Positions 38,287 through 48,308 of a stretch of 64,000 nt of DNA are shown here, piece after piece. Source of the stretch: Candidatus Aenigmatarchaeota archaeon (GTDB lineage Archaea; Aenigmatarchaeota; Aenigmatarchaeia; GW2011-AR5). Position 1 is the stretch's first letter, and each line of letters opens with the position of its first letter. The stretch covers positions 293 to 64,292 of the forward strand of contig JACPRW010000006.1 in NCBI GenBank assembly GCA_016193585.1. The letters run 5' to 3'. The translations under genes and the position numbers were made by a program. Below the pieces are notes generated by a model that searched no databases, had not been told where the DNA came from, and saw only the letters and a list, made by a program, of their open reading frames with translations.

Positions 38287-39273
38287 ATGATTGCATTGGG
38301 CATCGAAGGCACCGCACACACATTCGGCGTGGGCATTGTCGAGGATACAACAATTCTTGCAAACGCGAAGCGGATGTACGCCCCGCCGAAAGGCACCGGC
38401 ATCCATCCTGCACTCGCGGCACAGCATCACCAGAACGCAGCTGCCGAGGTTCTCGAAACTGCGATTCGGGAGGCAGGTGTCGCGCTCGATGCGATAGACG
38501 TCCTTGCCTATGCTGCCGGGCCCGGCTTGCCGCCGTGCCTGAAAGTGACGTCAGATTTCGCAGGCGCATTGCAGCAGAAGACAGGAAAACCGCTCATGGC
38601 CGTGAACCACTGCATCGCCCATATAGAAATAGGCCGGATGCTCTGCGGCGCAACGGACCCGATAGTCATGTATGTATCAGGCGGCAACACGCAGATTCTC
38701 GGCTATAGCCAGGAACGGTACCGCGTCTTCGGCGAGACGCAGGACATCGCCATCGGCAACGCAATCGATACGTTCATGCGGCATGCCACCGGCGAGTTTC
38801 CCGGCGGCCCGCCGTTCGACAAGCTGGCTGCAGAAGGCACTACGTACGTGGAGCTCCCCTACATCGTCAAAGGCATGGACCTTTCTTTTTCAGGCATGCT
38901 CACGGCAGCGCTCAGGAAGCACCGTCAGGGCGCCAGCCTTGCGGACGTGTGCTACTCGATGCAGGAGACGGCATTCGCCATGCTCACCGAAGTGACTGAA
39001 CGCGCGCTTGCCCACGCCGGCAAGAACGAGGTGCTCGTCGCCGGCGGCGTTGCTGCCTCACAACGGTTCAACGAGATGCTGCGCATCATGTGCAGCGAAC
39101 GCGGGGCGTCGTGCTTTTCGGTATCTGCAGACTATGCGCGCGACAACGGCGCGATGATTGCATGGACCGGCCTGCTCGCGCACCGCCACGGGCAGCAGCC
39201 TGTGGAAAGGGCTGATTTCTTTTCCCGCTGGCGGACGGACGAAGTTGAGGTGTTGTGGTTTCCTGAACGGTGA
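38287..39273 (+). CDS. kae1: tRNA N6-adenosine threonylcarbamoyltransferase Kae1 (KEOPS subunit)
   Basis: MIALGIEGTAHTFGVGIV ... ASKH-fold with His/His/Tyr metal ligands; 328 aa (no Bud32 fusion). Confidence 0.9.
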   Translation: MIALGIEGTAHTFGVGIVEDTTILANAKRMYAPPKGTGIHPALAAQHHQNAAAEVLETAIREAGVALDAIDVLAYAAGPGLPPCLKVTSDFAGALQQKTGKPLMAVNHCIAHIEIGRMLCGATDPIVMYVSGGNTQILGYSQERYRVFGETQDIAIGNAIDTFMRHATGEFPGGPPFDKLAAEGTTYVELPYIVKGMDLSFSGMLTAALRKHRQGASLADVCYSMQETAFAMLTEVTERALAHAGKNEVLVAGGVAASQRFNEMLRIMCSERGASCFSVSADYARDNGAMIAWTGLLAHRHGQQPVERADFFSRWRTDEVEVLWFPER

Positions 39274-39311
39274 GATGATCTTCGGCATGCTCGCCGGGAG
39301 CATTTAAGCTT

Positions 39312-40400
39312 TTGATGAATTTTACTCATATGCGCATCATCCTTCATCTTGATTTGGATGCGTTCTTCGCCGCGTGCGAGGTCAGGGAGAAACCTGAGCT
39401 CAAGGGAAAGCCCGTCGTCATCGGCGCCGACCCGAAAGGCGGCAGGGGAAGGGGCGTCGTATCCACGTGCAATTATAGTGCCCGCGAGTACGGCATCCAT
39501 TCCGGCATGCCCATCTCGCAGGCGCACCGCCTGTGCCCCCATGCGGCCTTTCTGCCGGTGAACTTCCGCCTCTATTGGCAGGTATCAGAACGCGTCATGA
39601 TGATAGCACGAAAATATTCCGAGAAGTTCCAGCAATCGAGCATCGACGAGGCGTTCCTCGACGTGAGCTCATGCAGCAGCTTCGAGCAGGCAGAGCAACT
39701 GGCACAGCGGCTGAAGCAGGAAATTTCGGATAACGAGGGCATCACCAGCAGCATCGGCATCGGCGAGAACAAGCTCGTTGCGAAAATTGCTTCCGATTAC
39801 CGGAAGCCTGACGGCCTTACTGCAGTGCGGCCTGAACAAACCAAGGAATTCCTGTTCCCCCTCCCGGTGAGAAAATTGTACGGCGTCGGCAGGAAGACGG
39901 AACAGCTGCTGCAGACACTCGACATCAGCACCGTCGGCGACCTTGCGGCGTACGACGTGCAGAGCCTCACGAGCTTGTTCGGCAAATGGGGGTTGCAGCT
40001 TCATCTGTTCTCAAACGGCATCGATGAAAGCGCTGTCGAAGAAGTTGAGGGCATCCAGTCAATAGGCAGGGAGGTCACGTTCGAGGAAGACACCAATGAC
40101 CTCATGCTGCTCAACGAGACCATCGACGCGATTGCCGGCGACATCGCCGAAACCCTGCAGGAGGAGCGCATACGGTTCCGCACCGTCACGCTCAAGGTCC
40201 GCTTCGAGAACTTCGAGACGCACACGCGCCAGCTGACGCTCGGCAGGGATGCGGCTGACAAGGAAACGCTGCAGGCAGCCGCACAAGAGCTGCTTCTGAA
40301 GTTTGCGGACAGCAAGAAGAAGGTGCGGCTCATCGGCGTCAGGATCTCGAACTTAAGCTTCGGCGGGAAGCAGAAGAGCCTGAATGAATATGGCACTTAG
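39312..40400 (+). CDS. dinB: Y-family DNA polymerase IV (DinB/Dbh)
   Basis: ILHLDLDAFFAACE, SIDEAFLD motifs. Confidence 0.9.
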   Translation: MMNFTHMRIILHLDLDAFFAACEVREKPELKGKPVVIGADPKGGRGRGVVSTCNYSAREYGIHSGMPISQAHRLCPHAAFLPVNFRLYWQVSERVMMIARKYSEKFQQSSIDEAFLDVSSCSSFEQAEQLAQRLKQEISDNEGITSSIGIGENKLVAKIASDYRKPDGLTAVRPEQTKEFLFPLPVRKLYGVGRKTEQLLQTLDISTVGDLAAYDVQSLTSLFGKWGLQLHLFSNGIDESAVEEVEGIQSIGREVTFEEDTNDLMLLNETIDAIAGDIAETLQEERIRFRTVTLKVRFENFETHTRQLTLGRDAADKETLQAAAQELLLKFADSKKKVRLIGVRISNLSFGGKQKSLNEYGT

Positions 40401-40412
40401 ATGCTTATCTTA

Positions 40413-40598
40413 ATAGTATGTTCTGTTGATTAGTGAACATTTCATGCAGAACATACCGTATAGCAGGTTCAGGTGAAAAGTTTGGTTATTACGTGAACCT
40501 GCTATAATAGCAGATTGTAATAATAATGGAACTTTTAGCCGCAATCTGTATATGGAAAGAACATTGTAAAATGTTCCAAAATCAATGTTCTTTACTAT
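40413..40598. repeat. Two adjacent MITEs: family R2 then family R1 (inverted)
   Basis: See 405-535 and 10570-10672. Confidence 0.8.
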
Positions 40599-40750
40599 AA
40601 GATGAACATTGAAAACACGTGACTTTAGCCGTGTGATGAAACTCAATGTATGGTGGAACAACGTTCCACCTGCATAGGTGGAATTCTCAATTCCGCCATA
40701 TGTTCATCTGGATCCCATCTTCTCACAAACTACCGGCTTCAGCCGGTGAT

Positions 40751-41323
40751 TTATAAAGAAGATGTGATGATGCCCATTATAATATCCCTGAAAAGGACGA
40801 TGATGGCTACATTCGAAATGACGCTGAAAAACATCTTATAGTCGAATGGCTGCTGTGTGTACACGCGCAGCTTGATGACATGGAATAGAAAGTTCAGCGT
40901 GTATTTCAGCGCAAGGCAAGCAAGCATGATGTACAGCAAGTCAAAGCCCATCAGAAACCATGCTGCAACCGCCACAAGCCCGTCGATTACATTTGCGAAG
41001 CCGGGGATGAACGGCGGCCATTCTATATTTACCTTGATGAAAAATATTTTTATTCCGTCAAGCAGGGGAATGAGGAAGAGTGAAAAGAAAAAGCCGAATA
41101 TAGGCCCGTAGACGATGCCTATGATGATCGTTGAAACCGTCGTGAATTCCACGATGCTGTTTATCCTCAGAATGCCGAAAATAACCTTGTCTATCCAGAG
41201 AAATACGAAAACTATTCCCAAACCGAGCCCATTGGCCAGGCTGGATACCAAGAATCCTCCGATCAGGCTCAGTACCAATGCTGTAATTTTTGCATCCAAG
41301 AGAAACACACTCCAGCAACACAA
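40751..41323 (-). CDS. Polytopic membrane protein, hypothetical
   Basis: 190 aa, about 5 hydrophobic helices. Confidence 0.45.
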   Translation of the reverse strand: MCCWSVFLLDAKITALVLSLIGGFLVSSLANGLGLGIVFVFLWIDKVIFGILRINSIVEFTTVSTIIIGIVYGPIFGFFFSLFLIPLLDGIKIFFIKVNIEWPPFIPGFANVIDGLVAVAAWFLMGFDLLYIMLACLALKYTLNFLFHVIKLRVYTQQPFDYKMFFSVISNVAIIVLFRDIIMGIITSSL

Positions 41324-41372
41324 AAGCGATTCGTGAGCTCACGTGAATACAGGGAGTGTGCTGCTTGATCCA

Positions 41373-42587
41373 CTATTTTTTCTTCTCAACGAGTTCATTC
41401 CTGAAATGCACATTTGTGGCAGGATACGAGATTTCGATGCCTTCCTTATCGTAGCGCTCCTTGAGATGCTTGATAAACTCGTGCTTGATAAGGTACTGAT
41501 CCACAAACGTTTTTACCCTCAGAATAACAGTAAAGTTAATGTTAGAACTTCCAAATTCGTTGAATCTGATGAATGGCTCGAACTCGGGAACGCCACCGGC
41601 AATTTCCTTCATAACTCCCCTGCCAACGTCAATGGTCACCTTTTCTACCTTTTGCAGGTCGCTGTCGTAGCTTACGCCTACCTGCACTAAAACTGCCATC
41701 TCTTGATCAGGCGAATAATAGTTGGTTATCATAGTGTCGGCAAGCTTGGCATTGGGTATAATCAAGGTATTGTTTGGCAGCGTCCTTATTTTTGTGCTTC
41801 TCGAACCTATCTCCTCAACGTACCCTTTCGCCCCGTTTTCCAGCTCAATAAAATCACCAACCTTTATCGCACCTTCCGACATGATGTACGTGCCGGCGAA
41901 GAAATTCGACAGCGTCGGTTGCAACGCCAGCGCAATGGCAAGGCCGCCGATGCCAAGGCTCGCGACGAGCGGCGTGATTTCAACACCGAAGTGGTCGAGT
42001 ACGAGGATGAGCACGATTGCGTAGACAAGTACCTTGATGATTTTATTAAGCAGCGGCAGCAGCTTGTCGTCTATTTTCGCGTGCGTCTTGTGGGCGATCT
42101 CCTCCTGGTACCAGCGAAGCATAACAGAAATGATTTTTGTGGCAGTAAATGCAACAAATAAAGCGCCTATGAGAAAATAGGCGTTTCGAATCATGTCCAG
42201 ATAAGGAGCCAGAAAATCTATACCGATAAGCGCAAAATATGATCCCGCGATTATGACTGCAAAGTATATTGGTTTTTCAAGAGCAGCTACGATTTTATCG
42301 TCAAGTGTTGTCTCGGTTTTTTTCGTCAGATGGTGGACAACTCTTTTGAAAACCGGATAGATTATGCGGGCAGCGATAAGCGTCGCTGCCACAACAGCCA
42401 GTGCCCAGTATACGTCGCCATAGGTGACGTCCCTGAAGACCTCAAGAACCATGAATACTGATACCCCACTAAAGCTTATTAATGTTTCATTTGTGTATGT
42501 AAGAAACATGACGAAAACACTGATAATGAAATCAAGTGATACGAAAGCAATCACTGCATCTGTACATATCCTGAAAAACGGCGGCAT
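41373..42587 (-). CDS. mscS: Mechanosensitive ion channel, MscS family
   Basis: N-terminal TM helices + MscS beta-domain pattern (GTYIMSEGAIKVGDFIELENGAKGYVEEIGSRSTKIRT). Confidence 0.8.
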   Translation of the reverse strand: MPPFFRICTDAVIAFVSLDFIISVFVMFLTYTNETLISFSGVSVFMVLEVFRDVTYGDVYWALAVVAATLIAARIIYPVFKRVVHHLTKKTETTLDDKIVAALEKPIYFAVIIAGSYFALIGIDFLAPYLDMIRNAYFLIGALFVAFTATKIISVMLRWYQEEIAHKTHAKIDDKLLPLLNKIIKVLVYAIVLILVLDHFGVEITPLVASLGIGGLAIALALQPTLSNFFAGTYIMSEGAIKVGDFIELENGAKGYVEEIGSRSTKIRTLPNNTLIIPNAKLADTMITNYYSPDQEMAVLVQVGVSYDSDLQKVEKVTIDVGRGVMKEIAGGVPEFEPFIRFNEFGSSNINFTVILRVKTFVDQYLIKHEFIKHLKERYDKEGIEISYPATNVHFRNELVEKKK

Positions 42588-43116
42588 ACTTGTGTATCCG
42601 ACAGAAACGAGCTACGGGCTGGGCTGCGATGCCACCAACGAACGGGCGGTCAGGAAAATATTCCTCGCCAAAAAGAGGGGCAGCGAAAAATTCCTGCCGG
42701 TAATCGTTTCGAGCGCCTCGATGGCAGGAAAATTCTACCGCATAGGGGACGAAGCACGCGCGCTCATCGGCAAATTCATGCCCGGGCCGCTCACTCTTGT
42801 CGCGCCGAAAAGGAAACTGCCGAAGCGCATCGGCGGATTCAGGATTTCCTCAGGTGCCTTCGCGAGACCGCTGGCGCGCCGCCTCGGCAGGCCCGTCGTT
42901 GCAACGAGCGCAAATATTTCCGGGCAGAAGCCGTCGTACAGCGCGCGGGAAGCTGCTGCGCTTTTCAAGGGGAAGGTGGATATGATAATCGACGGGGGAA
43001 ACCTACGGCGCAGGAACGCGAGCACAATTTTTAACGCGGAAACGATGGAAGTGCTCCGCAGAGGGCCGGTCACTCGGAAGGACATCGCAGCAGTTCTCAG
43101 ATGTTCTTCTGCCTGA
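42526..43116 (+). CDS. tsaC: L-threonylcarbamoyladenylate synthase (Sua5/YrdC/TsaC family)
   Basis: VYPTETSYGLGCDA motif; start trimmed to MKSSDTKAI. Confidence 0.8.
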   Translation: MKSSDTKAITASVHILKNGGILVYPTETSYGLGCDATNERAVRKIFLAKKRGSEKFLPVIVSSASMAGKFYRIGDEARALIGKFMPGPLTLVAPKRKLPKRIGGFRISSGAFARPLARRLGRPVVATSANISGQKPSYSAREAAALFKGKVDMIIDGGNLRRRNASTIFNAETMEVLRRGPVTRKDIAAVLRCSSA

Positions 43117-43485
43117 AAGCAGCTTTCGTCCCGTACTCCCCGAATTTTTTTATCCGCACCACCCTGATAGCAAGCTGCTTGAGTAGTTCCCTCGTGACGT
43201 CTTTCGGCAGCTGCTGGTCGTAGCCCAGCGCGATGATATCCGGCTTTTCCTCGAGCACCGTCTGCACAAAGCTGTCCGGATGCCCGGTGAGAACCTTGTT
43301 TGCTATGCCGAGCTTTTCGATGTTTTTCTTTCTTTTCTCTGCCGGTACCGCGTACGGCTTTCCGTTGTGCCTGTCATGCGCAAGCACCACCACCAGCATG
43401 CTGCCGAGCGCCTTTGCCTGCTGCAATAGGTAGACGTGCCCGGGGTGGATGCTGTTGAACTTGCCGCCGGTGAGGACTTTTTTCA
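43097..43485 (-). CDS. Cytidylyltransferase-like nucleotidyltransferase, FAD synthase RibL-like
   Basis: GGKFNSIHPGH (GxFDxxHxGH-type) and PDIIALGYDQ motifs; start trimmed to MKKVLTGG. Confidence 0.6.
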
Positions 43486-43623
43486 TAAAACCCACATAAA
43501 GACAGCAAGCAGCAGGAACAGCCCTGCGAGAGTCGCTCCGACAATAAGCGCAAGCCTTCGGTATCGCTTGTCCATATGCCCATCCACAGCATTTGTAAAT
43601 TTCATAGAAAACAAACGGGTTTC

Positions 43624-45273
43624 CTATTCGTGGGCAAACGCGGCAGTGATGCTGCCTGCTCCCTTCTTTTCTATCCTTACGAAGCCGAACCTCTCGAACT
43701 GGACGATAGCTCCTACCTTTTCCTTGAGGAGGTTCGTTTCGCCATACCCCTTTATCTCCTTGCCTGGCTTGAAGATGCGGACCTGGATGTGCTTTGCAGG
43801 GACCCACTGGATTTTCGGTATCGCCTTCAGCTCCCTGCTGGTGAATTCGCACTTCTCGCCAAGCTTGATGTTGCACAGGTCCTTGAGCCGTATCTCGAGG
43901 CTCTTGTACCGCTCAAAATCCTTGAGGTCGATGTAAAACGTGCTGGTGATGGAAAATTTCCGCGCGTTGCCCTTCTTATCAGGATGAAGCCCGACCGACA
44001 CGCTCTTCATCTTCATGCCGCCAACTATGATTTTTTTTGGGTTTGGGATGAAGAAGTAACGGTGCGCAAGCTTGTCGATAATTTTCCTGTTGTACGCCGC
44101 CAGATTCTCGAGCGAAATGGTTATGTCGTTGGGCTTCGGCCCTATCTCGGTTACAATGGTCCTGATTGCTTCGGGCTGGAAGCCGCGCCTGCGCAGCGCG
44201 CGCAGCGTTCCCAGCCGGAGGTCGGTCCATCCGTTGTACTCGTGATTCAAGATGCCTTCGCGGATGGTACTCTTGCTCAGCACCATGTCGGAAAGCGAAA
44301 ACCTGCCGAGGGTGATGACGAACGGATATGACCACCTGAAATGCTGGTACAGGAACCGCTGCTTCACCTCATTAGTCGAGTGTTCCTGACCCCTAAATAT
44401 ATGCGTGACCTTGGCAAGATAATCGTCTATCGCCGAGGCAAAGTTGTACAGCGGCCACACCTTCTTCCTTTTCTCGAGGGGATGCCGGGGGACATCGACA
44501 ATCCTGAACGCCGCCCAGTCGCGGACCGCGGGATTTTTTGCGTCGAGGTCTGTCTTGATGCGCAGCACCGCCTCCCCTTCCCTGAACTTGTGGGCAAGCA
44601 TCCGCTTCCATTTCTTGAGCTGCGCTTTCGGCTCAAGGTTCCTGCACGGGCATGCTTTTCCCTGGTCGCGGAGCGCCTTCCACGCATCGCCGCAGGTGCA
44701 CACGTACGCGCCATTGAGCTGCATGAGCTTTTCTGCATGCTTGTAGTACAGGGGCAGGCGCTTCGAAGCAATCATCTCGACTGTCCACTTGATGCCGAGC
44801 CATCTGAGGTCCTCCCGTATCCACTCATAAAACTGCTTCTCAGGCACCTTCACTTTGGGGTCGGTGTCGTCAAACCTGAGAATGAACGAGCCATTGTATT
44901 TCTTGGCGTATTCGTATGACAGGACGGCAGGCCGCGCGTTGCCCAAGTGCAACGCCCCGTCAGGATTGGGCGCAAAGCGCACGACGAACTTTTCCCTCGT
45001 AAGGTCGAGCTCGGGCAGACCTTTTCTCTCCTCCTGCTTTGCCCTCGCCGGCAGCTCGCCCAGCTCAGCCCGCTGCTTCTGGATGCCGAGGCGATTCACA
45101 TCGTCGACAACCAGCTCAACCGCAGACCGAATTTCAAGGACACGAGAACGCAAATCGGGGTGCTCCGCAAGAACCTTGCCGAGCACGCTCTTTGGCTGCG
45201 CGGTGCCGTCATGCTCAACGGCGTTTATAAGCGCGTAGCGGCGTATAACCCCGTCGACATCCATAACAATCAT
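43624..45273 (-). CDS. gltX: Glutamyl-tRNA synthetase (archaeal/eukaryotic type)
   Basis: HIGH-class motif (ALHLGNARPAV), VLSKS (KMSKS-like), 549 aa. Confidence 0.85.
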   Translation of the reverse strand: MIVMDVDGVIRRYALINAVEHDGTAQPKSVLGKVLAEHPDLRSRVLEIRSAVELVVDDVNRLGIQKQRAELGELPARAKQEERKGLPELDLTREKFVVRFAPNPDGALHLGNARPAVLSYEYAKKYNGSFILRFDDTDPKVKVPEKQFYEWIREDLRWLGIKWTVEMIASKRLPLYYKHAEKLMQLNGAYVCTCGDAWKALRDQGKACPCRNLEPKAQLKKWKRMLAHKFREGEAVLRIKTDLDAKNPAVRDWAAFRIVDVPRHPLEKRKKVWPLYNFASAIDDYLAKVTHIFRGQEHSTNEVKQRFLYQHFRWSYPFVITLGRFSLSDMVLSKSTIREGILNHEYNGWTDLRLGTLRALRRRGFQPEAIRTIVTEIGPKPNDITISLENLAAYNRKIIDKLAHRYFFIPNPKKIIVGGMKMKSVSVGLHPDKKGNARKFSITSTFYIDLKDFERYKSLEIRLKDLCNIKLGEKCEFTSRELKAIPKIQWVPAKHIQVRIFKPGKEIKGYGETNLLKEKVGAIVQFERFGFVRIEKKGAGSITAAFAHE

Positions 45274-45300
45274 ATGCCGTGTGCATCTTTAAGAAACGAG

Positions 45301-46074
45301 TCACAGTCTTTTCTTTTTCGCATGCCGGTAATAGAAAACCGTCTTTGTTATCGCGGCGAGCGCCGAGGTGAACAACGCGGCTACGAGGCTCAGGAGGTAG
45401 CCCACCTGTGGTATCGCCTCGAAGGCAGCAGCCACCACCATGATGATGACGACCACGAGGGCAATCACGCCGAGCGCTTGCCAGAACGCATGGCGCGCTA
45501 TACCGAAGCTACGCCGCAGCGCCTGTATGCCACCCTGCCGCTCGATGACCACCACGGGCTCGAGTTGCCAGGAACCGAGCACGGCAACGAATACGAGCGC
45601 GACGATACCTATGACGGCGGTGATGACGCCCAACGGGCCTGCGAGCATGAGCAGGACGAGCGGTACGCATGCCACCAGAACAAGGGTGATCAACAGGAAA
45701 TAAGCCCAGAGAAGGGACAGAAACCGTTCCCTGGCGGTGCCGAACGCAGCGGAAAGCATGACCGGCTTCCGTCTTATTGCCTGCTGCACGAGCGGAGGGT
45801 AAGCTGCATTGATGAACGTGTTCACCAGAACGGCGAACACCATGAGCGCTGCGAATGCTGCAAGGTACGGCATGACTGCATTGAGCGTTGCCTGCATATT
45901 GGACAAAGCTTCCGTGAAGCTCCTCATGGTGAAATGCTTTGCGAACGCTGCCATGCCAGAAGCAAACAGCAGGCTGAAGAGGGCTGTCGGAATCCAGGCG
46001 AGCACCTGCGGCAGCACCACTTTTGGATAGCGCCTGATTATTCTGGCCGCATATTCCATGACCTCGAGAACCAT
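45301..46074 (-). CDS. Polytopic membrane protein, hypothetical
   Basis: 257 aa, 6+ hydrophobic helices. Confidence 0.45.
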   Translation of the reverse strand: MVLEVMEYAARIIRRYPKVVLPQVLAWIPTALFSLLFASGMAAFAKHFTMRSFTEALSNMQATLNAVMPYLAAFAALMVFAVLVNTFINAAYPPLVQQAIRRKPVMLSAAFGTARERFLSLLWAYFLLITLVLVACVPLVLLMLAGPLGVITAVIGIVALVFVAVLGSWQLEPVVVIERQGGIQALRRSFGIARHAFWQALGVIALVVVIIMVVAAAFEAIPQVGYLLSLVAALFTSALAAITKTVFYYRHAKKKRL

Positions 46075-46108
46075 AGGTATATATGCTTCATAGCGTTAAT
46101 AAATCCGT

Positions 46109-46498
46109 ATGAGAGAATCCACTGTAGTGCACCTGCTTGCCGGCGTCGGGCTGGTGTCATTCGCCGTCATCGCGTATGCGACCGCGGTGTCGACGCCGCT
46201 CGTGACCGAGGCATTCGGCGGATTTCTTGTAGAAGCGACCTGTTTCGACACCGACGAGCTGCTCGACACGTCATCGAAAAGCTGCAGGGATGCGCTTGAA
46301 ATGAAAGACATCATGGAGACGGACGTGTGCGGCCGCTACGCCGCCGAGCAGCACGGTGCCTGCCATACCGTACAGGAAGCGGCCAATAAAAAGATAGCGT
46401 ACTGCTCGGACATCACTAATGTCCTGCAGGACAGGGAGCTGTACATAGATATCGGCGAGGTCGACGCGCAGTGCGCTGTCCTTCTCGGCGAAGCATAG
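46109..46498 (+). CDS. Secreted/anchored Cys-containing hypothetical protein
   Basis: N-terminal hydrophobic helix; 6 Cys. Confidence 0.35.
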   Translation: MRESTVVHLLAGVGLVSFAVIAYATAVSTPLVTEAFGGFLVEATCFDTDELLDTSSKSCRDALEMKDIMETDVCGRYAAEQHGACHTVQEAANKKIAYCSDITNVLQDRELYIDIGEVDAQCAVLLGEA

Positions 46499-46499
46499 A

Positions 46500-46600
46500 T
46501 AACTGCGTAGTTTATGTGACGTATTATTAGCAGTTATCTATATGCAAACTGCGTTGTATCATGTAACCTAAGTAACGCAGTTTACTATATGATATGCTCC
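46500..46600. repeat. Double-hairpin palindromic unit (tagataactgc..gcagttatcta; caaactgcgtt..aacgcagtttac) with TATA flanks; single copy in window
   Basis: Direct reading. Confidence 0.6.
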
Positions 46601-46648
46601 TCTATAAAAGATATTTAAACTACATTTGACAAGTACTACTGATACCCC

Positions 46649-47230
46649 ATGGCATTAAGCAAAGGAAAAGTGCCGATGAGCTTCGTTGAAAAGATAAAGG
46701 AAGTGCTCCTCTCGCCTACTGCTTTCTTCACCGCCATCAAGCGCGAGCAAGGCATCAAAGAAGCGCTTGTCTATGTTTCCATCCTGTCGCTCGTCTCCAT
46801 CATTCTCAACTACGCAATCAACCCGAAGGTCTTCAGCGAACTGGCGGCACTCGGGCTACCATCCTCAATCGGCATCGGCATCATCGCCCTCATCTGGGTG
46901 CTCGGCATACTCCTCAACTTCCTTGTGGTAGGGTTCTTCCACATCTTCGTGATGCTGCTCGGCGGCAAGGAAGGCTACGGCGCGACGTACCGGGCGTTTG
47001 CCTACGCGGCAACACCCACGAATCTTTTTGGCTGGATCCCGCTCATCGGCATCCTTTTCAGTCTCTGGTCGCTGTACCTCAACGTGAAAGGGCTTTCCAT
47101 TCTTCAGCACATGAGTACCGGCAGGGCGCTGGCGGCAATCGTCATCCCGATTGCCATCATCCTGATACTCATCTTCACATTTGCCTTCGCAATTTTAGCT
47201 GCAATCCTCTACGGCGCTGCCCGGCAATGA
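46649..47230 (+). CDS. Yip1-domain membrane protein
   Basis: 5 TM helices in Yip1-like arrangement. Confidence 0.5.
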   Translation: MALSKGKVPMSFVEKIKEVLLSPTAFFTAIKREQGIKEALVYVSILSLVSIILNYAINPKVFSELAALGLPSSIGIGIIALIWVLGILLNFLVVGFFHIFVMLLGGKEGYGATYRAFAYAATPTNLFGWIPLIGILFSLWSLYLNVKGLSILQHMSTGRALAAIVIPIAIILILIFTFAFAILAAILYGAARQ

Positions 47231-47255
47231 GCGTTTAAGCACTGCGGCTCTATTT

Positions 47256-47864
47256 TTGACTATGAAATTCTTTTACGGTGACATCATTCTCGACATCCCT
47301 CTGTCAGTGTACTGCCCTGAAGAGGATTCGCTTCTTCTGGCAAAGGTGCTCGAACAGGAAACGCTCGAAGGGAAAACAGCACTAGACATGGGCTGCGGCT
47401 CCGGTTTCCTTGCCGTGCTCATGGCGCAGAAGGGCGCTGACGTCACTGCCTGCGACAGCGACGAAGCGTCTGTGGCAGCGACGAAGCGCAACGCGGCGAC
47501 GAACAACACCAGCATAAAGGCAGTCCTGTCAGACTTGTTTTCTCATATCGACGGAACATTCGACCTCATCGCCTTCAATCCGCCGTACCTTCCAGAAGGC
47601 GAGGATGAACATGTGGTGAAGGATGCGGTGCTGCTCCGGCAGTGGCAGGGCGGGGAACAGGGAAGAACCAGTATCGAATTGTTCATTGCCCAGGCGAAGC
47701 AGCACCTTAACGAGGGTGGCAGGATACTCATGCTCATTTCGTCGGCAACAGGGGAGCAGGAAGTAGGTGACCTGTTCAAAGCGGATGGATTTACCGCAAC
47801 AATTGCAGCGCGGCAGAAGATTCCATGGGAGGAGCTCATGGTTATTGAGGCGCATAATCCTTGA
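47256..47864 (+). CDS. HemK/Mtq2-like N5-glutamine methyltransferase (class I SAM MTase)
   Basis: LDMGCGSGFLAV (motif I), FNPPY (NPPY motif). Confidence 0.7.
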   Translation: MTMKFFYGDIILDIPLSVYCPEEDSLLLAKVLEQETLEGKTALDMGCGSGFLAVLMAQKGADVTACDSDEASVAATKRNAATNNTSIKAVLSDLFSHIDGTFDLIAFNPPYLPEGEDEHVVKDAVLLRQWQGGEQGRTSIELFIAQAKQHLNEGGRILMLISSATGEQEVGDLFKADGFTATIAARQKIPWEELMVIEAHNP

Positions 47865-48264
47865 ACCGGCGCGCGACATACCTGGCGTTGTCCATGTCTT
47901 TCTGGTAGAATTCAGCCCCTGTTGCGCCAAGGAAAGCGTCAAGCGACATGCCATGCTCCCGCTTCAGGTACTCATCTGCCCCCTCCCGGTCGTTTGACGA
48001 GAGCACCACAATCGCTCCCCTGTAGCCGCGCCTTCTGGCTTCCTCGACAAACTCCTTGCCGTCCATGACTGGCATGTCGAGGTCTGACGCCACAACCGCG
48101 TACGTGCCGTCCAGCTGTTCCAGCCCGTCGGGAGCGTGCGTATATATGACAACCTCGTAGCCCTCGCGATCAAATCCTAAGCCGACCAGTTCTGCAAGGC
48201 CGGGGTTGTCGTCAACGATGAGCACTCTCTGTTTATTGCCGGGATGCATGTTTCTTACTCTCAC
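47842..48264 (-). CDS. Response-regulator receiver domain protein (CheY-like)
   Basis: RVLIVDDNPGLAEL ... DLDMPVMDG phospho-acceptor Asp. Confidence 0.8.
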   Translation of the reverse strand: MRVRNMHPGNKQRVLIVDDNPGLAELVGLGFDREGYEVVIYTHAPDGLEQLDGTYAVVASDLDMPVMDGKEFVEEARRRGYRGAIVVLSSNDREGADEYLKREHGMSLDAFLGATGAEFYQKDMDNARYVARRFKDYAPQ

Positions 48265-48308
48265 CGGAAACTATAAAACTTTTAACTTCTCGAAACCGTT
48301 ATCTATGC